DNA from: Candidatus Omnitrophota bacterium | GTDB lineage: Bacteria; Omnitrophota; Gorgyraeia; Duberdicusellales; 4484-171 | NCBI GenBank assembly: GCA_028692655.1 | Contig: JAQUWY010000006.1 | Location: 728 to 64,727 of the forward strand | Direction of reading: 5' to 3' | Length of the DNA: 64,000 bases | Shown: positions 35,782-44,552 of the stretch, one piece after another | Layout: every line of letters starts with the position of its first letter | Numbering within the stretch: position 1 is the first letter of the stretch | Program-made: the position numbers and the translations under genes | The notes under the pieces: model-generated | Database searches by the model: none | The model's input: only the letters and a program-made list of their open reading frames with translations | Told to the model about the DNA's origin: nothing

Positions 35782-37254
35782 GTGACTGTTACCACTTTTC
35801 TAAAAACAATTCCTTACCTTCCCATGATAACCAGCATTGCAAAAAAGCACAAGGTCAGTGTATGGCTTGTGGGAGGGTGCTTGAGAAATTTTTCCCTGGG
35901 TAGGATTTCTAGTTTATCGGATTTTGACTTCTGTGTTGAAAGCCGGACATTTTCCGTAGTCAGGGAGTTCGCCAAAAGAATTTCTTCCAAATGTATCGTT
36001 ATGGACGCCGAGCAAGAAAGCCTGCGGGTGGTTGTAAGGAAAAAAGGGAAAGCCTATACTTATGATTTTACTCTAATGAGAGGCGGGGATTTTTATCAGG
36101 ATGCGTCCTTACGTGATTTCTCAATTAACACCTTAGCCGTTGATTTATGTTCTACTAGGCGCTCTTTAATCGATTATTTCGGGGCCAAAAAAGATTTAAA
36201 AAATAAGTTGATAAGAGTAGTAAGAGAGGAGGTTATACCTCAAGATCCCTTAAGAATTTTGAGGGCTTTTTCCTTTGCGGCAGGGTATGGCTTCTGTATC
36301 GAAGCCGAAACTTTGAAATTAATGATCAAAGGAAAAAAGCTTCTTAAGAAAGTTTCAAAAGAAAGGATAAGCGAAGAGCTTTTTAAGGTTTTTAAGGTGA
36401 AGCATTCTTTCAAGACTATCAACGAGATGTCCCGGTTAAAGATTCTTGACGAGATTGTTCCTCACGTTTCCGAAATGCGCCGCGTAAGCCAAGGGGGCTA
36501 TCATCACCTTGATGTTTGGGATCATTCTCTTGAGACTCTTCGTCAGTTCGAGCTTTTATGCAGCCGCAGGCTGAACAAAAATAAGGATTTTCAGGATTAT
36601 CTGGATGAGGAACTAAGTTCTGGACATAAGAGGTTTCAAATTATTAAATTAGCCTGTTTGTTGCATGATGCGGGCAAACCTCTTGCCAAACGCAAGCTCA
36701 ATAAACGGACTATTTTCCATACTCATGAAAAAATAGGGAGGGATTTGGCCGCAGATGTATCTAAATCTCTTAGGTTATCTTTCCGGGAGGAGGATTTGCT
36801 CAAGAAACTTATTTTTTGGCATCTGCGCCCGGGTTATCTGGCGGATCAAGTCACGCCTTCTCAAAGAGCTGTTTACCGTTTTTTCCGCGACACCAACAAA
36901 GAAGGCGCCGGAGTGGTTGCGCTTTCACTTGCTGACTGGCGGGCTACCAGGGGGCCGTTGACAGATGCTCTAAAACGAAAACGCCATGAAAGAATAATGC
37001 TTGGCTTGGTTAAGAAATATTTCATAAAGCAAAAAAACAAACCTTTGCCTAAACTTATAGATGGCCACCAGCTGATGAAAACTTTTAATTTAAGCAGCTC
37101 TCCTTTGATAGGGAAAATTTTAAAGAAGATAAAAGAGGAGCAGTCCTTGGGCGTGATTTCTAACAGGAGACAGGCTTTTAACCAGGCAAAGAAAATAATC
37201 AATGCCCGCTTGTGTACCGAGAGTACAAGCAAAGTCGTTAAGGGAGGAAAATGA
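35782..37254 (+). CDS. cca: CCA-adding tRNA nucleotidyltransferase / poly(A) polymerase family protein with C-terminal HD domain (annotated start is a non-ATG codon at 35782)
   Basis: Class II NTase head (WLVGGCLRNFSLGR...DFDF, RDFSINTLA, DPLRILRAFSFAA) and HD domain (HHLDVWDHSLETL...LLHDAGKP). Confidence 0.8.
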   Translation: MTVTTFLKTIPYLPMITSIAKKHKVSVWLVGGCLRNFSLGRISSLSDFDFCVESRTFSVVREFAKRISSKCIVMDAEQESLRVVVRKKGKAYTYDFTLMRGGDFYQDASLRDFSINTLAVDLCSTRRSLIDYFGAKKDLKNKLIRVVREEVIPQDPLRILRAFSFAAGYGFCIEAETLKLMIKGKKLLKKVSKERISEELFKVFKVKHSFKTINEMSRLKILDEIVPHVSEMRRVSQGGYHHLDVWDHSLETLRQFELLCSRRLNKNKDFQDYLDEELSSGHKRFQIIKLACLLHDAGKPLAKRKLNKRTIFHTHEKIGRDLAADVSKSLRLSFREEDLLKKLIFWHLRPGYLADQVTPSQRAVYRFFRDTNKEGAGVVALSLADWRATRGPLTDALKRKRHERIMLGLVKKYFIKQKNKPLPKLIDGHQLMKTFNLSSSPLIGKILKKIKEEQSLGVISNRRQAFNQAKKIINARLCTESTSKVVKGGK

Positions 37255-37258
37255 AGAT

Positions 37259-38212
37259 ATGAATATTGACGGTATAGAGATAACCGTTTATCAAGGGGAT
37301 ATAACCGAAGATTCAAGCCAAGCTATAGTAAATGCGGCCAATAACCGTTTTGTAATGGGAGGGGGCCTGGCAGGTATTATTAAACGCAAGGGCGGCCAGG
37401 CTATCGAAGATGAAGCGGTAAAAAAAGGCCCGATGGCAGTAGGGGGATCGGTTATTACTTCTGCAGGTACATTACCGGCTGATTATATTATTCATTCTGT
37501 AACCATGACTATGCCGGATTTTAGCAAAGGAGAAAGATTCAGGACTGATGAAAAAATTATCAGAAAATCCGCGCACAGTGCTTTAAGGTGTGCCCAGGAA
37601 AATAAAATTTCATCAATCGCCTTCTGTGCTCTTGGCTGCGGCGTGGGAAGATTTCCTTATGAGGCGGCTTCGAAAATAATGGCTCAGGAAGTATTCAGAT
37701 ATATTCAGGAAACCCAAAAGCCAGCCTTAAAACAAATAAGATTTGTTTTAAATGCCAAGGAGCCGTTTGAGATTTTCAGAAAAAATGTCATTGATTACCT
37801 CAAACATATGGATAGAAAGATACACAAAGGGCCTTTTCTCACAGTCGATGGTTTAATAGAGTACAAAGATGGCCTGGTTATGATTGAAAGAAGCAACCCT
37901 CCCCTAGGCTGGGCTTTGCCGGGGGGGTTCGTAGATTATGGCGAAAGCCTAGAAGAGGCTATAGTAAGGGAGATAAAAGAAGAAACAAACCTTAATTTCG
38001 TGGATTTCAGGCAGTTTAAAGTTTACTCCGACGCATCAAGGGACCCGCGTTTTCATACAGTTTCAGCAGTATTTTTTGGCCGGGGAGAAGGAAAGCTGGA
38101 GCCAGGTTCTGATGCCAAGGGCGCTAAAGTTGTAGAATTGAATTCTTTGCCTGAAGAAACAGCTTTTGACCACAAAAAAATTATAGAAGATTACCTTAAG
38201 GCTAGAAAATAA
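37259..38212 (+). CDS. Macro domain (ADP-ribose binding/processing) fused to NUDIX hydrolase (start adjusted to ATG at 37259 with AGGGAGGA RBS)
   Basis: N-terminal macro domain (VYQGDITEDSSQAIVNAANNRFVMGGGLAGIIKRKGG; FCALGCGVGRFP); C-terminal NUDIX box GWALPGGFVDYGESLEEAIVREIKEETNL (GX5EX7REUXEEXGU). Confidence 0.75.
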   Translation: MNIDGIEITVYQGDITEDSSQAIVNAANNRFVMGGGLAGIIKRKGGQAIEDEAVKKGPMAVGGSVITSAGTLPADYIIHSVTMTMPDFSKGERFRTDEKIIRKSAHSALRCAQENKISSIAFCALGCGVGRFPYEAASKIMAQEVFRYIQETQKPALKQIRFVLNAKEPFEIFRKNVIDYLKHMDRKIHKGPFLTVDGLIEYKDGLVMIERSNPPLGWALPGGFVDYGESLEEAIVREIKEETNLNFVDFRQFKVYSDASRDPRFHTVSAVFFGRGEGKLEPGSDAKGAKVVELNSLPEETAFDHKKIIEDYLKARK

Positions 38213-38361
38213 CCGAGAGGCTATCAATAATGCCAGCAATCTCTGTCTAATAAATTCCACAAATATTATTTTAGATTGTTTGAGATCTGGTAATGTTTTG
38301 ATTTTCCATAGCAGGTTGTTTATTGTTTTAGTTTTTGGTTGTTTTTATACGTTTGCAGCGC

Positions 38362-38390
38362 AAAAATCGCAGCCTTAAGGCTGCGGATAT
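38362..38390 (+). other. Hairpin-forming inverted repeat TCGCAGCC-ttaa-GGCTGCGG upstream of recG
   Basis: Read directly at 38367-38386; preceded by GCAGCGCAAAAATCGCAGC. No U-run, so not a canonical intrinsic terminator. Confidence 0.3.
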
Positions 38391-38414
38391 ATAAGCGCCG
38401 CTTAAGTATTAGCC

Positions 38415-40514
38415 TTGCTGAAGTATAGAGGAGTTATGGGAGGTTTCATTATGCATAAGACTCCAATCCGCTACTTAAAAGGCGTTGGCCCTAGAAGAGA
38501 GGCGGTTTTTAACAAGATAGGTATCTTTACGGTCAAAGATCTCCTGTATTATTTCCCCTTTCGTTACCAAGATAGAAGGTTTTTAAAAAAGATTAGCACT
38601 TTGAGGATAGGTGAATTTGCCGTTGTCAGGGCAAAAGTTAAAACTACGAATATAAAGAAGTTCCCTTATTTTCTGCGTTCAAAAAAAATAAAGAGTATTT
38701 TTGAGGCGATATTGGAAGATGAAACGGGCTTTCTTGAATGTGTGTGGTTTAACCAGGCTTATCTTGCCGAGGCTATTAAGCCGGGAGAAGAGCTTACGGT
38801 TTACGGAAAGCTTTATTTTTCAAAAAAAGGCACACAGTTTATTTCTCCCGAGTATGAAATTTCCGGAAATTTGGATTCTCCGGCAGAGGCAAAGATAACC
38901 GGAGTTTATCACGCTCCCGAAGGTTTGAACCAAAAGTTTATAAGAAAAATTGTTTCAGCGGCCATAAAACAGTATATATCTAAATGTATTGATCCATTGC
39001 CTTTTTATATCCGGCAGGAAAAAAACATCATGAATATTGCTAAAAGTTTTGAGGAAATCCATTTTCCTTCTTCCTGGCTCAAGGCTGCTGCTGCCAGAGA
39101 GAGGTTTATATTTGAGGAATTATTTTTTTCACAAATTTCGGTTTTTTTACGTAAAGCCAGAAGGATTTTCCAAAAAAGCGTAAGTTTGAAAATAGAGCAG
39201 GATGACTTTAAAGCCATTGATGATAATCTAGGTTTTGATTTGACTGCAGGGCAGGCAAAAGCGGTAAGCCAGATATTGTCAGATATAGCCAAGCCTTACC
39301 CCATGCACAGATTATTACAGGGAGATGTTGGATGCGGAAAAACTATTGCCGCTGCCTTTTCTATAGGAGCCTGTTATGCCAGCGGATTACAAGCGGCTTT
39401 TATGGTTCCTACAGAAATCCTTGCTTATCAGCATTTTGAGACTCTTAGGCGCATATTTAAACTGAAGGCCATGGCTTTCAGGGATTTTGAAAGCTCCATA
39501 AAGATTATAACTTCTTCTTTATCGCGAAAAGAAAAAGACGTGATTTATGAAGATTTGAGCCGGGGTACTTTAAAGGTTATTGTGGGAACGCACGCATTGA
39601 TACAAGAAAAGGTTAAATTTAAAAACTTAGGTTTAGTAGTTATTGATGAACAACATAGGTTTGGAGTAGCCCAGCGGGCTCTGCTTTCTAACAGAGAGGC
39701 TTTGTCGCCGCATTGTCTTGTTATGAGCGCTACGCCTATTCCCAGAAGCCTGGCTCTTTCTCTTTACGGGGACCTGGATCTTTCGGTAATAAAAGATATG
39801 CCACAGGGAAGGAAACCGCCTGTAACTATGTGGGTGAAAGAAGATAAACGGCAGTGGGTCTATGATTTCTTAGAAAAAGAATTAAAATCAGGACACCAAG
39901 CCTACATTGTGTATCCGGTTATTGATGATAGCCCGGATGAAGAACTTAAGTCATTAAAAGTAATGTTCGAGAAAATTACAAAAAGATTTTCTGAATTCAA
40001 GCCGAGAATGTTTCATGGAAGGATGAAAAATGAAGAAAAACTAACAACTATAAAGGAGTTTAGAGAAAAAAAATCCCGAATTCTTGTTTCTACAACCGTT
40101 ATTGAGGTGGGCGTTGATATAAAAGAAGCTACGGTAATGGTAATCGAGAGCCCTGAGAGATTCGGTTTAGCCCAGCTTCATCAATTAAGGGGAAGGATAC
40201 AACGTTCTGAGGAACAGGCTTATTTTGTGCTTATAAGCAGTAAGGAACTTTCTGAAAACGCCAGCGAAAGGCTGAGGGTTATTTCTCAGACTCATGATGG
40301 TTTTGTTATCGCCGAAGAGGATCTCAAATCCAGAGGCCCGGGAGATTTTTTCGGTAATCTACAGCACGGCTTACCGGATTTAAGGATAGCCAACCCCTTA
40401 AGGGATATGGATTTGTTAAACCGTGCCCGTTCGCTTGCCTATAAGGTGATAAAGAGTGACCCTGGATTGAATAAAAAAGAACACAGCTGTATAAACGAAC
40501 ATCTTAATAATTGA
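38415..40514 (+). CDS. recG: ATP-dependent DNA helicase RecG (true start probably at an internal ATG around 38436-38451)
   Basis: N-terminal wedge domain, helicase motifs (GDVGCGKT, VIDEQHRFGV, SATPIPRSL, QLHQLRGRIQRS) and conserved C-terminal tail. Confidence 0.9.
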   Translation: MLKYRGVMGGFIMHKTPIRYLKGVGPRREAVFNKIGIFTVKDLLYYFPFRYQDRRFLKKISTLRIGEFAVVRAKVKTTNIKKFPYFLRSKKIKSIFEAILEDETGFLECVWFNQAYLAEAIKPGEELTVYGKLYFSKKGTQFISPEYEISGNLDSPAEAKITGVYHAPEGLNQKFIRKIVSAAIKQYISKCIDPLPFYIRQEKNIMNIAKSFEEIHFPSSWLKAAAARERFIFEELFFSQISVFLRKARRIFQKSVSLKIEQDDFKAIDDNLGFDLTAGQAKAVSQILSDIAKPYPMHRLLQGDVGCGKTIAAAFSIGACYASGLQAAFMVPTEILAYQHFETLRRIFKLKAMAFRDFESSIKIITSSLSRKEKDVIYEDLSRGTLKVIVGTHALIQEKVKFKNLGLVVIDEQHRFGVAQRALLSNREALSPHCLVMSATPIPRSLALSLYGDLDLSVIKDMPQGRKPPVTMWVKEDKRQWVYDFLEKELKSGHQAYIVYPVIDDSPDEELKSLKVMFEKITKRFSEFKPRMFHGRMKNEEKLTTIKEFREKKSRILVSTTVIEVGVDIKEATVMVIESPERFGLAQLHQLRGRIQRSEEQAYFVLISSKELSENASERLRVISQTHDGFVIAEEDLKSRGPGDFFGNLQHGLPDLRIANPLRDMDLLNRARSLAYKVIKSDPGLNKKEHSCINEHLNN

Positions 40515-40539
40515 AAACTCATAATAATTTAGAGAAAAT

Positions 40540-41082
40540 ATGAAAATTCTAGGCGGTGGATACAGAAGCAGACAGATAAAAATTCCTTTCGGTATTCGTC
40601 CTGTTTCTTTAAGGGTCAAAAAAGCCTGTTTTGACATTTTAGCAGCAGAATTACCAGGAATAAGGGTCTTGGACTTGTTTTCCGGCTCAGGTTCTTTGGG
40701 CCTGGAAGCCCTTTCCCGGGGCGCAGAACAAGCAGTTTTTGTGGAAGCAACAGCTTCCTGTGCGGACGCTATCAGGAAGAACATATCTGCCTTAGAGCTT
40801 GGCCCTAAAACAAAGGTTTATCAGAGAAAAGTCCTTGATATTATTGAGTATTTCTTTAAGCAGAGAGAGAAGTTTGACTGTGTTTTTATGGACCCGCCTT
40901 ATTACAAAGGCATACTTAGAAAAGCCTTGCAAGCCTTAGAAGAGTATGATATAGTAACACCTTCCGGTTATGTTGTAGCTTTCGGTTATATCAAAGATGA
41001 TTTTATAGAGGAAAGCAGGGTTTTAACGCTTATAGATAAGAGAATTTACGGCCAGACTATTGTTTTAATATACAAACGATAG
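40540..41082 (+). CDS. rsmD: 16S rRNA (guanine966-N2)-methyltransferase
   Basis: LDLFSGSGSLGLEALSRGA (SAM-binding), ...VFMDPPY (N6/N2-MTase DPPY motif); 180 aa. Confidence 0.85.
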   Translation: MKILGGGYRSRQIKIPFGIRPVSLRVKKACFDILAAELPGIRVLDLFSGSGSLGLEALSRGAEQAVFVEATASCADAIRKNISALELGPKTKVYQRKVLDIIEYFFKQREKFDCVFMDPPYYKGILRKALQALEEYDIVTPSGYVVAFGYIKDDFIEESRVLTLIDKRIYGQTIVLIYKR

Positions 41083-41141
41083 GCAATTACAGAGTTGTAT
41101 TAACAGAGGGAGCATGCCGCAAGGCGTAGGAAAATAAAGCA

Positions 41142-41633
41142 ATGAAAGTGGCTATTTGTCCGGGGACATTTGACCCGGTTACCAACGGTCATATTGATAT
41201 AATAAAACGCGCCGCGGCTATTTTTGAGAAAATTATAGTTGCCGTAGCTGAAAATACCTCCAAAAAGACCCTTTTTTCCTGCCGGGAGAGAGTGGCTATG
41301 GTTCATGAAGCGACCCAAGGTATAAAGGGCGTTACCGTAGAAGAATTTAAAGGTTTAGTGGTCGATTTTGCCCGCAAAAAAGAAGCCAAGACGATAATCA
41401 GGGGCCTGAGGATGATATCCGATTTCGAGTATGAATTCCAGATGGCTTTGACTAATAGAAATTTGGCACCTGACGTTGAGACAATTTTTTTCATGCCGCA
41501 CCCCAACTATTCTTATATATCTTCCCGGCTTATAAAAGAAGTGATATCTTTAGGCGCAGATTTGCACCAATTCTTGCCCGGGGAAGTTATTAAGATGCTT
41601 AAAATAAAGCTCAATGAAAATAGCGATCGATGA
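41142..41633 (+). CDS. coaD: Phosphopantetheine adenylyltransferase
   Basis: MKVAICPGTFDPVTNGHIDIIKRA (T/HxGH motif), ISSRLIKE C-terminal motif. Confidence 0.95.
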   Translation: MKVAICPGTFDPVTNGHIDIIKRAAAIFEKIIVAVAENTSKKTLFSCRERVAMVHEATQGIKGVTVEEFKGLVVDFARKKEAKTIIRGLRMISDFEYEFQMALTNRNLAPDVETIFFMPHPNYSYISSRLIKEVISLGADLHQFLPGEVIKMLKIKLNENSDR

Positions 41634-42033
41634 GATAGCCGATAAAGTAAGGCTCCAGGAAGATGTTCCGGCAGAGGCCTGGAACTTAGATAGTGAATAC
41701 GTTTTTTTTGTGGGGAATATTCATATAGATTCTTTATGTGAAAAGATTTCGGAGAACTTTGTAGTCAATGCCGAGATAAGTGTTTCCTGTAAAGCTATTT
41801 GTTCCAGATGCCTTAGAGAAGTGGAGCAAAAAAAACATTATGATTTCCGCAGGAATTATAACTTGGCAGAGCTAGGAAAAGAAATAGATCTCGATGAGGA
41901 CATCCGTGAGGAAATACTGCTTAATTTCCCGCTAAAAGTGCTTTGTTCTGAAAATTGTAAAGGTTTATGCAAAGATTGCGGGGTTAATCTGAATGAAGAA
42001 CAATGTCTTTGCAAAAAACATAACAAACGGTAA
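41614..42033 (+). CDS. yceD: YceD/DUF177 family protein (large-subunit rRNA accumulation protein)
   Basis: 139 aa with paired Cys motifs (CSRC...CKGLCKDCGVNLN); canonical position upstream of rpmF-plsX-fab cluster. Confidence 0.78.
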   Translation: MKIAIDEIADKVRLQEDVPAEAWNLDSEYVFFVGNIHIDSLCEKISENFVVNAEISVSCKAICSRCLREVEQKKHYDFRRNYNLAELGKEIDLDEDIREEILLNFPLKVLCSENCKGLCKDCGVNLNEEQCLCKKHNKR

Positions 42034-42180
42034 TATGTTGATTGATATAGAAGTTTTATTGTATAATTTTGGAGATGTGTTTACATATTTTGTTTAAAGG
42101 CGAACGGTATACGGTTGCGTAACTCGTATCGTTATTCGTTTGCCGGCTGCGTTAATAAAGTCTTATGAATAGAGGCGATT

Positions 42181-42236
42181 GACGTTTAACGACAGCTGTT
42201 TCAAGCTGTCGGCCTACCGGTAGGCAGGTACAACCC
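42181..42236. repeat. Adjacent palindromes in the yceD-rpmF spacer: CCGACAGC-tgtttcaa-GCTGTCGG followed by palindromic CCTACCGGTAGG
   Basis: Read directly; the 17-mer GCCTACCGGTAGGCAGG recurs with one mismatch at 19746-19762 (GCCTACCGGCAGGCAGG) inside repeat copy 2. Confidence 0.6.
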
Positions 42237-42343
42237 TCTAACGATGAATGATACGGCTATAGAGCAGGCTGTAAACATAGCTTTCGAATAATATAGTTTT
42301 ATTTTAATAACTGGTTTTTAGTTTTTTAAACGGAGGTAAATAA

Positions 42344-42544
42344 ATGGCCCATCCAAAACGTAAACATTCACGCGCTCGAGGCAGAAAACGCCGGACACAT
42401 CAAAAGTTGACAAGCCCTTCTTTGACTAAATGCAATCAGTGTTCCCGTTTAAAACCTGCGCATATGGTGTGTCCTTTCTGTGGTTATTATGCCGGCAGAG
42501 AGATTATAGAGATAAAACCCAAGGAAAGCAAAAGGAAAAAGTGA
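42344..42544 (+). CDS. rpmF: 50S ribosomal protein L32 (zinc-ribbon form)
   Basis: MAHPKRKHSRARGRKRRTHQKL N-terminus; CNQC...CPFC zinc ribbon. Confidence 0.9.
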   Translation: MAHPKRKHSRARGRKRRTHQKLTSPSLTKCNQCSRLKPAHMVCPFCGYYAGREIIEIKPKESKRKK

Positions 42545-43572
42545 GTTATAAAATAGGTTTAGATATATCCGGGGGTGACTTTGCTCCTTCCGAGATAATC
42601 AAAGGGGCAATGCTTGCCCGTAATCAGCTGCATGAGGATATTGTTCTTATCGGGGTTAAGGAGGAGATCGAAAGGCAGCTGGCTTTAAATAAGTTTCCGG
42701 CTAGCGAGTTTTCCGTAGTCCATGCTCCTGAGAAGATAGAGATGGCCGAGCCTCCTGCGACATCTGTGCGCCGAAAGAGAAATTCTTCTATAACCATCGC
42801 TGCCCAACTTTTAAAAGAGAAAAAAATAGACGCTTTTGTCTCTTGTGGTAATACCGGGGCGGTTGTGTGTGCTTCTACTCTAAAGCTGGGTTTGATAGAG
42901 GGGGTTGAACGGCCGGGCATAGGGCTTATGATGCCTAGCAGAACAGGTATATCCTTGGTTATAGATGTTGGGGCCAATATTGACTGCAAGCCTATGCATC
43001 TTTTCCAATACGGTATAATGGCTTCTGTGTATTACCGGGCGGTTCTCGGAAAAGAGAATCCTACTGTCGGGCTTCTTAATATTGGAGAAGAAGCCTCAAA
43101 AGGTTCAGGCCTTATCAAACATGTACACAAGCTTTTTTCTTCGTCATCTTTAAATTTTATCGGCAATGTGGAAGCTAAAGATATCTTTTCCGGCAAATGT
43201 GATTGTATAGTATGTGATGGCCTAATAGGTAACATTGCCCTTAAAGTTGCCGAAGGCAGCGCGGAGGCAATAGGCAGGTTTCTCATAGAAACCATGACTA
43301 AAGGTTTTTTGGGTAAAATAGGTATTTTGCTGGCTAAGAATAACTTAAGAAAGTTTAAACGTTTTATGGATTACGCCGAATATGGCGGGGCGCCTCTTTT
43401 AGGTATTGACGGTATAGTCATAATAGGCCACGGCCGCTCCAATGCCTTGGCAGTTAAAAATGCCATAAGAGTCGCTTGTAATGAGCTGAGCCATGACTTG
43501 AATGCCAGAATTAAAAGGAGAGTCAATGAAATCTGCCAAGATAGTGGGATTAGGCAAATACTTGCCGGCTAA
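42541..43572 (+). CDS. plsX: Phosphate acyltransferase PlsX (GTG start overlapping the rpmF stop; ORF track begins earlier at 42430 within rpmF)
   Basis: YKIGLDISGGDFAPSEIIKGA (cf. IALDAMGGDHAP), ...GNTGA..., IIGHGRS; 343 aa from the GTG. Confidence 0.88.
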   Translation: MSYKIGLDISGGDFAPSEIIKGAMLARNQLHEDIVLIGVKEEIERQLALNKFPASEFSVVHAPEKIEMAEPPATSVRRKRNSSITIAAQLLKEKKIDAFVSCGNTGAVVCASTLKLGLIEGVERPGIGLMMPSRTGISLVIDVGANIDCKPMHLFQYGIMASVYYRAVLGKENPTVGLLNIGEEASKGSGLIKHVHKLFSSSSLNFIGNVEAKDIFSGKCDCIVCDGLIGNIALKVAEGSAEAIGRFLIETMTKGFLGKIGILLAKNNLRKFKRFMDYAEYGGAPLLGIDGIVIIGHGRSNALAVKNAIRVACNELSHDLNARIKRRVNEICQDSGIRQILAG

Positions 43573-44506
43573 GCGCCTGACCAATAAAGACCTTGAGCAA
43601 ATGGTTGATACTTCCGACGAGTGGATTAAAGCTCGAACCGGCATAAAAGAGAGACGAATTTGCTCTAAGGGTAAAGGCTCTTCCTATATGGCTTATAAAG
43701 CTTCCGAAATCGCCCTGGAGAGAGCCGGCATCAAACCTAAAGACTTGGATTTAATTATAGTAGCAACTATAACTCCTGATACGCAATTTCCTTCCACGGC
43801 TTGTTATCTTCAGGATTACTTAAAAGCGCCTAATGCCTGTTGTTTTGATATCTCTGCAGCCTGCGCCGGGTTTGTTTATGGGTTGACTACAGCCTGGCAG
43901 TTTATAAAAGGCGGCCTATATAAAAAAGTTTTAGTCGTCGGAAGCGAAACCCTTTCAGCTATAACCGATTGGCAGGATCGTTCGACTTGTGTTTTGTTTG
44001 GTGATGGGGCAGGCGCCGCGGTTTTGGTAGATACAAAAAAAGAAGGATTTATGAGTTCTTATCTTGGCAGTGATGGCTCCCAGGCAGATATTCTTATTCT
44101 GCCCGGAGGTGGTTCGCGCCAGCCGGCTTCTTATGAAACAATAGATAAAAGGCTGCACTATATGCATATGAAGGGAAATGAGTTATTCAGGATAGCTGTG
44201 CGTATTATGGTGCAAGCAGCCAAAAAATCCCTATCCCAGGCTAAACTAAAAACTTCTGATGTGAGCCTGTTGATTCCTCATCAAGCCAATGAGCGCATTA
44301 TTAACGCTGTAGCAAAAAGACTGGATATACCTCTAGAGCGCGTGTATGTAAATATCAGCCGTTATGGCAATATGTCTTCGGCTTCCAGTGCCGTAGCTTT
44401 GTGCGAAGCACATGAAGACGGCCTGATTAAAAAAGATAATATAGTTGTTTTAGATGCATTTGGAGGAGGCCTTGTTTGGGGCAGCTGTGTGGTAAAGTGG
44501 GCTTAA
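43526..44506 (+). CDS. fabH: 3-oxoacyl-[ACP] synthase III
   Basis: MKSAKIVGLGKYLPAKRLTNKDLEQMVDTSDEWIKARTGIKERR, active-site Cys in ISAACAGF, His/Asn region (IPHQANERI, GNMSSAS). Confidence 0.9.
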   Translation: MKSAKIVGLGKYLPAKRLTNKDLEQMVDTSDEWIKARTGIKERRICSKGKGSSYMAYKASEIALERAGIKPKDLDLIIVATITPDTQFPSTACYLQDYLKAPNACCFDISAACAGFVYGLTTAWQFIKGGLYKKVLVVGSETLSAITDWQDRSTCVLFGDGAGAAVLVDTKKEGFMSSYLGSDGSQADILILPGGGSRQPASYETIDKRLHYMHMKGNELFRIAVRIMVQAAKKSLSQAKLKTSDVSLLIPHQANERIINAVAKRLDIPLERVYVNISRYGNMSSASSAVALCEAHEDGLIKKDNIVVLDAFGGGLVWGSCVVKWA

Positions 44507-44552
44507 TTTAAGATACATAGCCAGGGATAATGAATTTCAAATAACTGTATTT

